From an uncultured Ignavibacteriaceae bacterium (GTDB lineage: Bacteria; Bacteroidota; Ignavibacteria; UBA10030): DNA of 64,000 nucleotides. Positions 39,820-49,895 of this stretch are shown here, piece by piece (the first letter of the stretch is position 1; each line of letters begins with the position of its first letter). The position numbers were made by a program, and so were the translations under genes. The stretch is from positions 31,965 to 95,964 of the forward strand of contig CAZYAM010000001.1 of the NCBI GenBank assembly GCA_964645575.1. The letters are read 5' to 3'. The notes below the pieces were generated by a model, which worked only from the letters and a program-made list of their open reading frames with translations, was not told the origin of the DNA and made no database searches.

Positions 39820-40845
39820 TTAAGATTTTACTGAATATCTTTTCTGAACGGCGGGAATTAGGTATTCAGAAAATGCCCGTTCCAAGGTATATTCCGGTTT
39901 CCAATCCCAATCGCAGCGTGCTGCTGTATCATCCACATCTGCAGGCCAGCTGTCGATAATTGCCTGTCGCCGGTAATCCGATAAAAATTTTATACTATTA
40001 TTTGGGAATGCTTTTTTAAGAATCTGAGACATTTCCAACGCTGAAGGATTGAATACACCGACATTATATACAGCCTGTGTAATTTTTTCGTACGGGGCAG
40101 CTTGGAGTCTCAGCAATGCAGTAATTGCGTCCGGCATTGCCATAAACGGAATACGTGTATCTTCGCGTACGAAACATTCATAATCCATATTCTTTGCCGC
40201 CATATGCAGCATTTCCGGAGCGAAGTCGCTGGTTCCGCCGGTAGGCAGGGTAACTGCGCTGATAAGGCCGGGGAAACGAATTCCGCGAAAATCAATTTGT
40301 CCTTTCGGCGGTTCGGCATCTAGTTGACGATAGTAATTTGTGTAATACCTGCCAAGCTGTTCGTCGTATAATTTATTAATGCCGTACATCGTTCGTGGTG
40401 ACAGCCACTGATCTTCTTTCACCTTACCTGCTTTTCGCTTTGTCTCTAAGTCAGGAAGTCCATACACAGCAATAGAACTCGGATAGATGAATTTGATCTT
40501 TTGACCCTGCAAATGCGATTGTGTGATTGCAATTTCAAGAAGGTTCAGTGTTCCGTCGACGTTTACGCGATGCGCAAGTGTTGGCTGACGTTCTGCCCGT
40601 GTGGAAAGCAGAGCTGCAAGATGGTAGATGGTATCGAAATTATGCTCGGTCGAAAGTGTTTCGAGGAGATATGTATCCAGAACATCTCCGGTTACGAGAC
40701 GATGACATCGTGCCTTTACCGATTCGTCTATGGATACTAGATCCATAGCAACAATATTTATGCCGCCGTATTCAGAAAGATACTCGATCAGTCCATGACC
40801 GATTTCGCCATTTGCTCCTGTAACAAGAATAGTTTTAGTTGACAT
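39820..40845 (-). CDS. NAD-dependent epimerase/dehydratase family protein (SDR-type L-threonine 3-dehydrogenase-like)
   Basis: Rossmann motif VTGANGEIG. YxxxK (YGINK). Length and pattern of extended SDRs. Confidence 0.7.
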   Translation of the reverse strand: MSTKTILVTGANGEIGHGLIEYLSEYGGINIVAMDLVSIDESVKARCHRLVTGDVLDTYLLETLSTEHNFDTIYHLAALLSTRAERQPTLAHRVNVDGTLNLLEIAITQSHLQGQKIKFIYPSSIAVYGLPDLETKRKAGKVKEDQWLSPRTMYGINKLYDEQLGRYYTNYYRQLDAEPPKGQIDFRGIRFPGLISAVTLPTGGTSDFAPEMLHMAAKNMDYECFVREDTRIPFMAMPDAITALLRLQAAPYEKITQAVYNVGVFNPSALEMSQILKKAFPNNSIKFLSDYRRQAIIDSWPADVDDTAARCDWDWKPEYTLERAFSEYLIPAVQKRYSVKS

Positions 40846-40862
40846 AGAATAACCGGAGAAAT

Positions 40863-41060
40863 TCAGTGTTTGTAATGTGAGTCAGACTGCCGGGTGTACT
40901 CCAATTTACCTATAAGTTTCTGCGATGCGTTAATCAATGCAGAAAGAAAATACGGGCAAATCAATACTTCTTCTCCGTTGTAGTGCATATATCGAAGAGG
41001 AGTCTCGCGTTCCGATTGTTCGCAATTTAAACAGCGCAGTATTGATTTTGAAAAACTCAT
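40863..41060 (-). CDS. hypothetical small Cys-containing protein
   Basis: 65 aa with CLNC...ICP. Sits between the REC gene and the SDR gene. No family recognised. Confidence 0.3.
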   Translation of the reverse strand: MSFSKSILRCLNCEQSERETPLRYMHYNGEEVLICPYFLSALINASQKLIGKLEYTRQSDSHYKH

Positions 41061-41090
41061 TGATATTCCTTTATACCGATTTCAGGTTTA

Positions 41091-41750
41091 TTAGTCAGGT
41101 GCAATCATGGTTTTACCGCCCGGTGCAGGGATTGATTGAGGTTTTTTTATAGATTGAAACTGGCCGATAAGCTGCAGAGCTTCATTGAGAAGCTCTTCAA
41201 GCGAATTCAATGCTTCAATCGCCTTTTTAGATTTCGACAGGTTCGGATTTTCAAGAAGTATTTGCAGATATAACTTGGCAGCGGCTATCGGATTGCCAAT
41301 TTTATCGGCGACAGAAAGTGCCATTTCCAGGACAGTCATCCGCTTTATTTCCTCTGCAATGCGTTCTTCCAGAGCACGGAAACGTAGTCCTGAGCGAATA
41401 CGCGCCAATAACTCTTCTATATTAAACGGCTTGATCAGATAATCGTCTGCGCCGGCATCGAGGCCTTGAACGATATTTTCCGTGCCGGTTCGCCCTGTGA
41501 GAATAATAATATATCGATTGCGATGTACAGGATCTTCTTTTACGAGTTTACTGAATTCGATTCCGCTCATGCCGGGCATTTCCCAGTCGAGTAAAATAAT
41601 ACCCGGTTGACACCGTTCCATTTCTTTCCAGCCGTCATCGGAATTCGGTGAGGTTGCAACAGTATATCCATATGACTTCAAACCCATTTGTAAAGTGGTA
41701 ACGAAGTTTGCGTCGTCGTCGATAAGAAGCAGTGTATCTGACATTACCAA
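41091..41750 (-). CDS. response regulator receiver fused to a DHp-like helical domain lacking the phospho-His
   Basis: REC domain (DDD, LLDWEMPGMSG, IKPF). The C-terminus LSVADKIGNPIAAAKLYLQIL aligns by eye to H-box xSHELRTPLxxI with Asp in place of His. No ATPase domain. Confidence 0.7.
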   Translation of the reverse strand: MVMSDTLLLIDDDANFVTTLQMGLKSYGYTVATSPNSDDGWKEMERCQPGIILLDWEMPGMSGIEFSKLVKEDPVHRNRYIIILTGRTGTENIVQGLDAGADDYLIKPFNIEELLARIRSGLRFRALEERIAEEIKRMTVLEMALSVADKIGNPIAAAKLYLQILLENPNLSKSKKAIEALNSLEELLNEALQLIGQFQSIKKPQSIPAPGGKTMIAPD

Positions 41751-41861
41751 AAATCCCTCTCAGTTCAGATTATAAATAAATGGAGAAAGAACAATACGGA
41801 CCTGAACAAGCTAACAATTTGCCCGCTGAATCGCAATTATATCGGTAATTCTTTATTAAAA

Positions 41862-42332
41862 TCACTTCAACGGCAATATAAATACCGCTACTTCAGCACG
41901 TTCTTTCAAGTTGAGTTGCTCATAAAACTTACGCTGGTACGATTCGCGTGTTCAGCTATTAATGAGAGCCAGGCGCACACAGCTGCGTTTTTGGGCTTCT
42001 GTTATAATTTGTTCCAGCAGGGCAGTACCGATACCCTGTTCGCGCACCTTTGCAGAGATAAAGAGTTCAGAAACATATCCTTCAGGTCCGAGAAGAAAGA
42101 AGTATGGAAGAAAGTGCACCGAAGAATATCCTACGATCCTATGTGCTTCATTTTCCGCAACAAAAGCGGAATGGCTGTTATCTGCGAGACAAAGGGAGAT
42201 ATGCTTACGAACACGCTCTGCTGTTGTTTGAGCGGATTCAGACTGTAAATGCTCGAACCAGCCTAATTCACGAATGGTTTCAGCTATATCTTCGGCATCC
42301 TGCAATAATACGTTCCGTATGCGTATAGACAT
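41862..42332 (-). pseudogene. GNAT N-acetyltransferase interrupted by an in-frame TGA (41952-41954)
   Basis: 126 codons contain the acetyl-CoA motif REQGIGTALL. After the TGA, the same frame continues TRESYQRKFYEQLNLKERAEVAVFILPLK*, which is the normal GNAT C-terminus. Confidence 0.7.
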
Positions 42333-42389
42333 AGTTATCTCATTGAAAAAAGTGCAAGGTACTTTAGAGTACCTTGCACTCGAATATTT

Positions 42390-43277
42390 CTACTTCTCTT
42401 TCATAATCGGCAGGATTCCGCCGGCTAATTCACCGATAACATTCACGAGCTCTGCATTAGCAGGAACAACAACTTTAGCATTCTTTTCAAGCGATCGTTG
42501 TACGGTTTCAAGCCGTTTTAAAAGCTGGGCATTCCCGATAAAGAATTTATTTGCAGCTTCGTTGACCAGTCGGATGGCTTCAGCTTCACCTTCTGCTGCG
42601 AGTATTCGCGCCCGACGTATACCTTCTGCTTCTTTGATTGCTGCCCGTTTTTTACCATCTGCTGCCGTTTCTGCTGCAGTTGCAAAATCGACAGCTGCCA
42701 GTTTTTCATTTTCTGCTTTTACAATCTTGTTCATCGTTTCCTGAACATCTTTAGGCGGATCAATTTGTTTCAATTCTGCTCTTACAATGTCGATACCCCA
42801 GTTTCTAGTTTCTTGTATCAGAATTTTATGAAGGTCTTCGTTGATGCGTCCCCGTTCACTGTTTGCAGATTTTAAAGTCATTGTACCAATTATATTTCTC
42901 AGCGTCGTGCGTGCAAGATTTACTATCTGAAAATTAACATTGTTAACGTTATACTGCGAGTTCTTAACGTCCTGTTCATCATCTTTCACTTTAAAATACA
43001 CCTGCGCATCTACTACTGCGTTTAAGTTGTCGTTGGTAATAATTTCTTGCGGTTCCGCGTCAACCATTTGCTCTGTGATGTTTACTTGGTACATCTTATC
43101 AATTATTGGAATAATCCAGTGAAATCCAGGATTTGCAAAATGACTATATTTGCCAAGTCGTTCTACTAATCCGCGATGTGTCGGGCGTACGATTCTGATC
43201 CCTATAAGAAAAATGAAGAAAATGATAATACCGACAATAATCCATGTTGTATCTATGGCAAATCCAGCGTCTTCCAT
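42390..43277 (-). CDS. SPFH/Band-7 (stomatin/prohibitin-like) membrane protein
   Basis: N-terminal TM segment. SPFH core (VRPTHRGLVERLGKY...VDAQVYFKV) and an Ala/Glu-rich coiled-coil tail. Confidence 0.85.
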   Translation of the reverse strand: MEDAGFAIDTTWIIVGIIIFFIFLIGIRIVRPTHRGLVERLGKYSHFANPGFHWIIPIIDKMYQVNITEQMVDAEPQEIITNDNLNAVVDAQVYFKVKDDEQDVKNSQYNVNNVNFQIVNLARTTLRNIIGTMTLKSANSERGRINEDLHKILIQETRNWGIDIVRAELKQIDPPKDVQETMNKIVKAENEKLAAVDFATAAETAADGKKRAAIKEAEGIRRARILAAEGEAEAIRLVNEAANKFFIGNAQLLKRLETVQRSLEKNAKVVVPANAELVNVIGELAGGILPIMKEK

Positions 43278-43337
43278 TATAGTCTCCTTATATATATGTA
43301 TTTCATATATTTAAATATATCTTTTGGTTAAAGCATC

Positions 43338-45014
43338 TTATTTCACGTATTCTTCAGCAAAAAACTTTGCGGACAACGGCTCGCCAGTTGCTGCTTTGAT
43401 TAAAGCATCCCAGCGTAAACTGGCTCCGGGAGCAAAAACTATTGTCTCTAAATATTTTCCTACTTCCGGTTTATTAGTAAAACATACTTCACGCATATTA
43501 TCCTGCTTTAAAATGTTTTTTGCAATATATGACTGAAGTTGAGATGCCATTAATTCACCAAGTTCATAATTATGGTAATAGGCGGGGGATTGTGATAGAT
43601 GTATTTTTGCGGCCCAATCCGGCGCATTGCGCCCCTCAGGAGGTGTAACCATCTGGTATTCTTTAACCAGATTCCACCAGAGCTTGTTTAAATCCTGATC
43701 AGGATCTTCGTACATGGATTTTTCAAAACGCATCATCACTTGTGTCCATCTTGAGAAAATCAGCGCCTGCATGCGTAAATTCTCACGACCTTCATTACGA
43801 ATAGTGTTCTTATCGTTTGAGCTGATGCCAACCATTTCCTGCAGCCAGTCGGCATTGTCAACCTGTCGTCCCATCATCATTGCAATGGCTTCCGTAGTGA
43901 AAATATGTGATTCGATTCTGAGAATAAATGGCAAATCACGACGGACGTTCAGACTATATACTCCATGTCCTAGTTCATGCAGCATTGTACTCATCCAGTT
44001 TTTATTGTCGATAACGCTTTGCATCGTGCGGACATCTCCCAGCCTGTCAATATCTGTACTAAATGCATGCTGATATTTTCCCTTTCGCCCGTAGATATCG
44101 CTGTTCTTCAGTATGTTTTCAACCGGCAAACCTATGCCGCTATAAAACGTGCTTGCAAGCTTCTCGATTTTTTTTCCTTTGAAATATTTGTCTAAATCTA
44201 TCGTCCCCATTTTCGGCGCTTCCTGAAAGAATCGGTCTTCATAGTGCCAGGGCATCATATTTTCCGGTTCTATCCCGTATTTCTTGGAAAGTTTTATATC
44301 TATTTCACTCTTCAATTTCTTATACGGCTCATCCGTAAGTTCTTTCAGTTCATTAAATATTGCAATGACCTCTTCAACGCTTTGCTCGGAAGCGATAAGC
44401 GACATTTCATAATAATTTTTAAAGCCTAACTGCCGGGCAGCTTCGTTGCGCAGCTTTACGAGTTCAATAACGTCGGCAGCAACGACCTTGCCGACTTCTT
44501 TGCTTGCTTCCCATGCTTTTTTCCGTTCTGCAGAATTTCTTTCTTTTTTCAGTATATCTTCGATTTTGTTGTCATCGACCTCTTTACCGTTTAAAACGGG
44601 CCGGAAGACGTTGAATTTATTCTGTACAGCAGCAGCTTTCTCGACTATCTTCCTCATTAATGTGGTATCGTTCTGGTTGATGAGATAATTGTTATAAAGC
44701 ATAATTAACTGGCGCCCGAGAAGTGTGTCTTTGATATTGCCGGCTTTTTTCCATTTTTTAAGCTGTTCAAATTCTTTTTTGTTCGAATAGATAGTACGGA
44801 TTTCGAGTTCGATCGCTGCCTGTTCGTCGTAATATTTTTTTTCGCCCGTGGCGGCTGCATTCCAATATGCCAGATTCATCGCCTTAAATTTTGGCTCGAC
44901 GATTTTAACATGACTGTCAATGAACGCACGTAAATCTATTTCGTCGTTTCGCATTGAGCAATACATCAACACAAAGACAAAAAGAAGGGGAAGCAAAAAA
45001 ACGAGAGATTTCAT
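43338..45014 (-). CDS. M2-family (angiotensin-converting-enzyme-like) zinc metallopeptidase
   Basis: HELGHGVYSLNVRRDLPFILRIESHIFTTEAIA aligns by eye to ACE [32 protein letters not shown]. Signal peptide present. Confidence 0.7.
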   Translation of the reverse strand: MKSLVFLLPLLFVFVLMYCSMRNDEIDLRAFIDSHVKIVEPKFKAMNLAYWNAAATGEKKYYDEQAAIELEIRTIYSNKKEFEQLKKWKKAGNIKDTLLGRQLIMLYNNYLINQNDTTLMRKIVEKAAAVQNKFNVFRPVLNGKEVDDNKIEDILKKERNSAERKKAWEASKEVGKVVAADVIELVKLRNEAARQLGFKNYYEMSLIASEQSVEEVIAIFNELKELTDEPYKKLKSEIDIKLSKKYGIEPENMMPWHYEDRFFQEAPKMGTIDLDKYFKGKKIEKLASTFYSGIGLPVENILKNSDIYGRKGKYQHAFSTDIDRLGDVRTMQSVIDNKNWMSTMLHELGHGVYSLNVRRDLPFILRIESHIFTTEAIAMMMGRQVDNADWLQEMVGISSNDKNTIRNEGRENLRMQALIFSRWTQVMMRFEKSMYEDPDQDLNKLWWNLVKEYQMVTPPEGRNAPDWAAKIHLSQSPAYYHNYELGELMASQLQSYIAKNILKQDNMREVCFTNKPEVGKYLETIVFAPGASLRWDALIKAATGEPLSAKFFAEEYVK

Positions 45015-45287
45015 GACAACTCCTTTTAATAGTTGTGATATATAACCTTTATAATGATGTAAAAATCGAAATCAACGGCACTTTCGGAAGATCCTTATTG
45101 GTAAATAATCTACTTAGAGGATTGATGAAGAGCAAGCCTTCTTAAGTATTGAAAAATCGGCTTTTATGACTCGTGATCCGTGGCATAACGCTTTAAAAGG
45201 TCAAGCGGAATGAATTCTTTTGCAAGCATATGCACCGTATGTACGTTATACGCGCTTAATGTCTTATGCGATTCGAATTTGCATAAA

Positions 45288-46742
45288 TTACCGATTCGTG
45301 CTGCATAGTTTTTGTTCTTGCTTTATGACTTTCCATACAAGTGAGATATGTTTTTCTGTTGTCGCAAGATTTCCTATCGCTACGCGGATTGTATATTTCC
45401 CGTGCAATTTTGTGTGAGAGAGAAAAACTTTGCCTGTCGCATTTACCCGGTCGATGATTCGCGAATTGAGCTGTTCAAGCTCCGATTCGTTTGAAATTTC
45501 CCCGGGATGGTAACGGAAACAGACGACGCTGAACGGAACCGGTGCAAGAAGTTCATAATCCTTTTCCTGCGAAATCCAGTCTGCAAGTTTCCTTGCCAGC
45601 CGGCAATGCTCGCGTAAATGACTAATAATCCCCTCAATACCGAAGGAGCGTATAACAAACCAGAGTTTCAATGAACGAAAACGCCTGCCTAATTGCACTC
45701 CCCAATCCATATAGTTATTAACGTCTCCCTCTGCAGTTGTAAGGTAATCCGGAACCAGACTGAACGCCTGCTTTAGCGTACTGACATGGCGTGTGTAGAG
45801 TGCGCTGCAGTCGATAGGAGTGAAAAGCCATTTATGAGGATTTGTAACAAAGGAATCTGCACGATCGCATCCGTCGAGAACGTAACGCATTTCCGGAATA
45901 ATTGCCGCGATACCGCCGTACGCCGCATCGACATGAAGCCAAATTTTCTCTCTCTGACAGATATTACTAATTGCAGCTACCGGGTCAATGCTGGTGCTGG
46001 AAGTTGTTCCGACTGTCGCAACAACTGCAAACGGAAGCCATCCGTTCTTTCTATCTTCATCAATTGCAGCCGCAAGCACTTTTACATTCATTTTAAATTC
46101 CGTATCAGACTGGATTTTTCGTACTCCTTCCTGACCTATGCCGAGCACAATAGCGGCCTTTTCTACCGATGAATGTGTTTGATCCGAACAATACAATCTG
46201 AGCTTTGGAATATCCGTACGTCCTGCCAGTCCTTGTTCGCGTATTTGTCTATGAATTGCTTCGCGTGCAGCCGCAAGTGCGACGAGGTTCGATGCGGAAC
46301 CGCAATCTGTGATAACTCCACGGAAGTCTGAAGGCAGTCCTATCATTTGCCTGAGCCAGTCGAGGACTACTTCCTCGAGTTCTGTAGCGGACGGCGAAGT
46401 CCGCCATAGCATGCCGTTTACATTCAGAGCTGCGCTCAGCATTTCGCCGAGTATACCCGGAGCGGAGCCTGTAATTGAGAAGTACGCATGAAAGTTTGGA
46501 TGGTTCCAGTGTGTCATGCCGGGAAGAATAATATGATTGAAATCTTCAAGAATCTTATCCATTTTTTCCGATGACAATGGAGGTGAACCGGGTAATCGTT
46601 TCTTAATATCACCCGGTTTTATGTTTGGAAATACCGGATACTTTTCCGTGTTTTTCAAGTAATCGGCAATCCAATCGACTACTTCTCTGCCGTACTTGCG
46701 GAACTCTTCCGAATCCATTCTCTGCAAGTTCTGATTTTCCAT
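45288..46742 (-). CDS. pyridoxal-dependent (group II) aromatic-L-amino-acid decarboxylase-like enzyme
   Basis: MDSEEFRKYG...DWIADYL N-terminus, HWNHPNFHAYF, PLP-Lys motif NPHKW. ORF is open to 46811. Confidence 0.85.
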   Translation of the reverse strand: MENQNLQRMDSEEFRKYGREVVDWIADYLKNTEKYPVFPNIKPGDIKKRLPGSPPLSSEKMDKILEDFNHIILPGMTHWNHPNFHAYFSITGSAPGILGEMLSAALNVNGMLWRTSPSATELEEVVLDWLRQMIGLPSDFRGVITDCGSASNLVALAAAREAIHRQIREQGLAGRTDIPKLRLYCSDQTHSSVEKAAIVLGIGQEGVRKIQSDTEFKMNVKVLAAAIDEDRKNGWLPFAVVATVGTTSSTSIDPVAAISNICQREKIWLHVDAAYGGIAAIIPEMRYVLDGCDRADSFVTNPHKWLFTPIDCSALYTRHVSTLKQAFSLVPDYLTTAEGDVNNYMDWGVQLGRRFRSLKLWFVIRSFGIEGIISHLREHCRLARKLADWISQEKDYELLAPVPFSVVCFRYHPGEISNESELEQLNSRIIDRVNATGKVFLSHTKLHGKYTIRVAIGNLATTEKHISLVWKVIKQEQKLCSTNR

Positions 46743-46887
46743 TTCTCTGTCCTGTATTAAATTCACAAAATAGTTATGAAATAATCTCACTAAAATCCAT
46801 ACGAAGTGCAAGTACTTGAAATTGTTTTAATAAAAACGTAAGTAATATTCAGCCATTATTCTGTTATGTTCAATAAAGGAATTAAGT

Positions 46888-47322
46888 ATGAAAGAGGAAG
46901 AAGCTTTAAATTATTTTCGCAGCGGTTTTAATTGTGCACAGGCGGTTTTCACGCCGTTCTCAAAAGAAAATGGTGTTTCAGAGCCGCATGCATTGAAAAT
47001 TGCGACCGGTTTCGGAGGTGGAATGGGACGACTACAAGTGACATGCGGAGCCGTAACTGGAGCTTATATGGCAATAGGTTTAAAGCATGGCAAGTCTCTC
47101 GGTGATATGGGAGATGAAAAAAAAGAGAATACATACAGTCTGGTAAAGACTTTCGATAAAGAGTTTAAAAAAATATTCTCGACGACGATTTGCAGAGAAT
47201 TAATGCAATGCGATCTGAATACTGAGGAAGGGAAGAAGTTCGTCTCCGAAAATAAACTTACACAAAAGGTCTGCGAACGCTGCATTAAGGAAGCGGTAAA
47301 AATTGTGGAGAAGATTTTGTAG
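46888..47322 (+). CDS. C_GCAxxG_C_C family protein
   Basis: FNCAQAV and CGAVTGA motifs plus C-terminal Cys residues. Confidence 0.8.
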   Translation: MKEEEALNYFRSGFNCAQAVFTPFSKENGVSEPHALKIATGFGGGMGRLQVTCGAVTGAYMAIGLKHGKSLGDMGDEKKENTYSLVKTFDKEFKKIFSTTICRELMQCDLNTEEGKKFVSENKLTQKVCERCIKEAVKIVEKIL

Positions 47323-47362
47323 AAGAGGATGCTTAATACTAAAAAGTCTATAATCTATTCCT

Positions 47363-48112
47363 TTACAGCATCTTTTTCAGCTTGTCATACCCTGCACGGC
47401 TGATGAGAATTTTTGTTCCGTCTTTTAGAATAGCCATCCTGCTGTCTTTTGCGTATAGTTCAATACGCGCAATGCGTTCGATATTTATAATGGAAGAGCG
47501 ATGCACCCGGACGAATTTCGCCGGATCGAGTAGTTTTTCCAATTCGGTCATGCGCTGCTGCTTGAGATGTGATTTTCCTTCCGCTTTAATTGCCATATAA
47601 TCATCTTCTGCCTCGATGTAATCTATTTTATCTGCCGGAATAACATGTACTTTTGAACCGTCCTTCACGAGTATGCGCTCGAGTATTGGCGGTTTCATCC
47701 CGGCATCCGCTGCTATTGCTTCCACAGGCAAAAACCTTTTTTCTTTCAGGCGTTTTGCAACATGATCAAGGGCTTCATCCAATCTTTCTTTGCTGAAGGG
47801 TTTTAGTAAATAATCGACAGCATGCAGTTCAAAAGCTTTAACGGCATATTGATCATACGCAGTGGCAAAAATAACAACAGGCGGATTTTCGGCAAGTTCC
47901 AGGACTTCAAAACCGTTCAGCTTGGGCATCTGGATATCCAGTATTGCAAGGTCGGGTTTTAATTCCGTTAGTGCCTTAACTGCTTCAAATCCATTCGAGC
48001 ATTCTGCAACAAGCTGAATATCGTCACGCCGTGTAAGATATTCGTGCAGAAGCTGGCGTGCCGGTTCTTCATCATCAACAATAATTGTTCGAATAAGAGG
48101 TTTTGCAGTCAT
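47363..48112 (-). CDS. LytTR-family response regulator
   Basis: REC domain (IIVDDEEP, ILDIQMP, LLKPF) plus a C-terminal LytTR domain (FVRVHRSSIINI). Confidence 0.9.
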   Translation of the reverse strand: MTAKPLIRTIIVDDEEPARQLLHEYLTRRDDIQLVAECSNGFEAVKALTELKPDLAILDIQMPKLNGFEVLELAENPPVVIFATAYDQYAVKAFELHAVDYLLKPFSKERLDEALDHVAKRLKEKRFLPVEAIAADAGMKPPILERILVKDGSKVHVIPADKIDYIEAEDDYMAIKAEGKSHLKQQRMTELEKLLDPAKFVRVHRSSIINIERIARIELYAKDSRMAILKDGTKILISRAGYDKLKKML

Positions 48113-49191
48113 GAAAGTAATTTAGTGTTCTGTCGACAGTCTTTTAAGGGAAAAGAAAACTCAACAGTAAAAATATTGTCTTTCTTTTCAATATCAAGCC
48201 GCCCTTCATTTTCATAAAGTGTTTGAATTCGGGAACGGACGTTTTTGACGCCTAGTCCGGTCCCTTTTTTCGGTATATAATCCGGATCATACGGATTTGA
48301 AATTATTATTTTCAACTTATCGTTAAGCAATTGTGTCTTGAAAGTAATGGTTCCGCCTTCGATGAGTTGTGAAATACCATGCCGGACGGCATTTTCAACC
48401 AACGGCTGCAAGAGGAGCGGTGGAATTTTGCATTCCAGTGTTTTTTCGTCGATTTCTTGCTGTACGTTTAATCGCGATCCAAACCGTACTTTCTCAATTG
48501 TTAGAAATTTGTCGATTAATGATATTTCGTCAGAAAGTAAAATATGGTCTTTTGTTCCTAAATCTAAACTATTCCTGAAAAATTCAGCCAGAAGTATTAC
48601 CATGGTGCGTGCTTTTGTAGGATCGTTCGTTGTCAATGCGCTGATGGAGTTAAGGCTGTTGAATAAAAAATGAGGATCGATTTGAGCTCGCAGAGCGCGC
48701 AATTCAGCATCCCGTGCCAGCACCTGCAGCTCCAATGTCTGACGTTCCGATTCGCGAGATTGTTCAAATGCAATTATGATATAATGTGTTGCAGTAACAA
48801 GAAGAAAGATTAAGATAAGCATACTAAAAATTCCGGCGGTCGAGAATTCGTAAAGCGGAAATATGGGAGGTGCAAATTTTAATGAATCTATAAAATATAT
48901 CCATCCATACCCGATTAAGAATTCAATGCCGGTAGCGATAAAAGCAGCAACAACAAACATGGAGAGAAGATTATACCATTGGGTAGTCTTAATCGGGAAA
49001 ATCCGGCATAAGTAATACGAAGAAAGACAGATGAAGGCAAAAAGAATGTTCAGCGGTATATCAGATAAAAGTAATGCACCCCACTGGGCCTTGTAAGAAA
49101 AGATAAACGGTATCTCTATCAGTAAGCCGATGGACAACCAGATAACCAAATAGAGGGCGAGTGTTCGCCTGTTTGAAAGTATCGGGTGCAC
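48109..49191 (-). CDS. LytS/YehU-type sensor histidine kinase (PF06580)
   Basis: About 5 TM segments, then QIDPHFLFNSLNSI (His_kinase H-box) and a HATPase_c-like C-terminus. Confidence 0.85.
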   Translation of the reverse strand: MHPILSNRRTLALYLVIWLSIGLLIEIPFIFSYKAQWGALLLSDIPLNILFAFICLSSYYLCRIFPIKTTQWYNLLSMFVVAAFIATGIEFLIGYGWIYFIDSLKFAPPIFPLYEFSTAGIFSMLILIFLLVTATHYIIIAFEQSRESERQTLELQVLARDAELRALRAQIDPHFLFNSLNSISALTTNDPTKARTMVILLAEFFRNSLDLGTKDHILLSDEISLIDKFLTIEKVRFGSRLNVQQEIDEKTLECKIPPLLLQPLVENAVRHGISQLIEGGTITFKTQLLNDKLKIIISNPYDPDYIPKKGTGLGVKNVRSRIQTLYENEGRLDIEKKDNIFTVEFSFPLKDCRQNTKLLS

Positions 49192-49193
49192 GG

Positions 49194-49895
49194 TTAGTTC
49201 TTTATTTCAACACCGCCCATAAAAGCTACGCCTTTAATAACGAGGCGTTTCGCGCTTACTTTAGGCGGGCGCGTTTTATCTTCATATCCGCCCATAAAAG
49301 GGAATCCTTCGATAACAACGACCCAGTCGTCCGGCACTCGCATTTCCACACCGCCCATCATAGTAAAGATATCAATTACAGCTTCACCTTTAATTGAGGC
49401 ATCCCGCAAATCAATTTCAAGTCCGCCCATGATTGCAGTAAGTTCACCGCCCTTAAATTCCTGTGAACTATTGGAACGTCTAAAGCCGCCCATAATGGCG
49501 ATGGCTTTAATATAGGAATTTGCATCGGTGGCTCCAAATGTTGATACTTTTGTATTTCTCCAGCGAGTTGAAGCTTTCATAATCATCATAATGCCGAAAA
49601 TAATAAGAAGAACCGGCCAATAACTCCATACGCTGAAATATATAAAATGAAGCCGATGCAGGAGCATAGCGGTGCCGATGAATATAAGAACGATGCCCCA
49701 TACCAGTCCGGAGCCGTGACGACATTGTATGATGTATGCAATTCCGATCAAGATAAGGAAAGCAGGCCAAAAGTGGAAATACTCTTGCGGGTCGATCAAA
49801 TCCAGGTTGCCTAAAAGAAAAAGAGTCCCCATGAGAATGATTCCTATTCCCAGTATTAATCGCGGCGCTATGATGGAAGAATATTTAGTGTCCAT
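49194..49895 (-). CDS. LiaF-like cell-envelope stress protein (LiaI-LiaF TM region plus DUF2154-like C-terminus)
   Basis: 4 TM N-terminus. The C-terminus has repeated MGG.E... beta-helix-like repeats, as in LiaF. Confidence 0.6.
   Translation of the reverse strand: MDTKYSSIIAPRLILGIGIILMGTLFLLGNLDLIDPQEYFHFWPAFLILIGIAYIIQCRHGSGLVWGIVLIFIGTAMLLHRLHFIYFSVWSYWPVLLIIFGIMMIMKASTRWRNTKVSTFGATDANSYIKAIAIMGGFRRSNSSQEFKGGELTAIMGGLEIDLRDASIKGEAVIDIFTMMGGVEMRVPDDWVVVIEGFPFMGGYEDKTRPPKVSAKRLVIKGVAFMGGVEIKN

Noticed and set aside
41940-41954. In-frame TGA of the GNAT gene considered as selenocysteine or genome-wide TGA recoding.
   Set aside because: There is no convincing SECIS-like hairpin downstream. 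The position is not a catalytic residue in GNATs. Many genes in the window terminate correctly at TGA.
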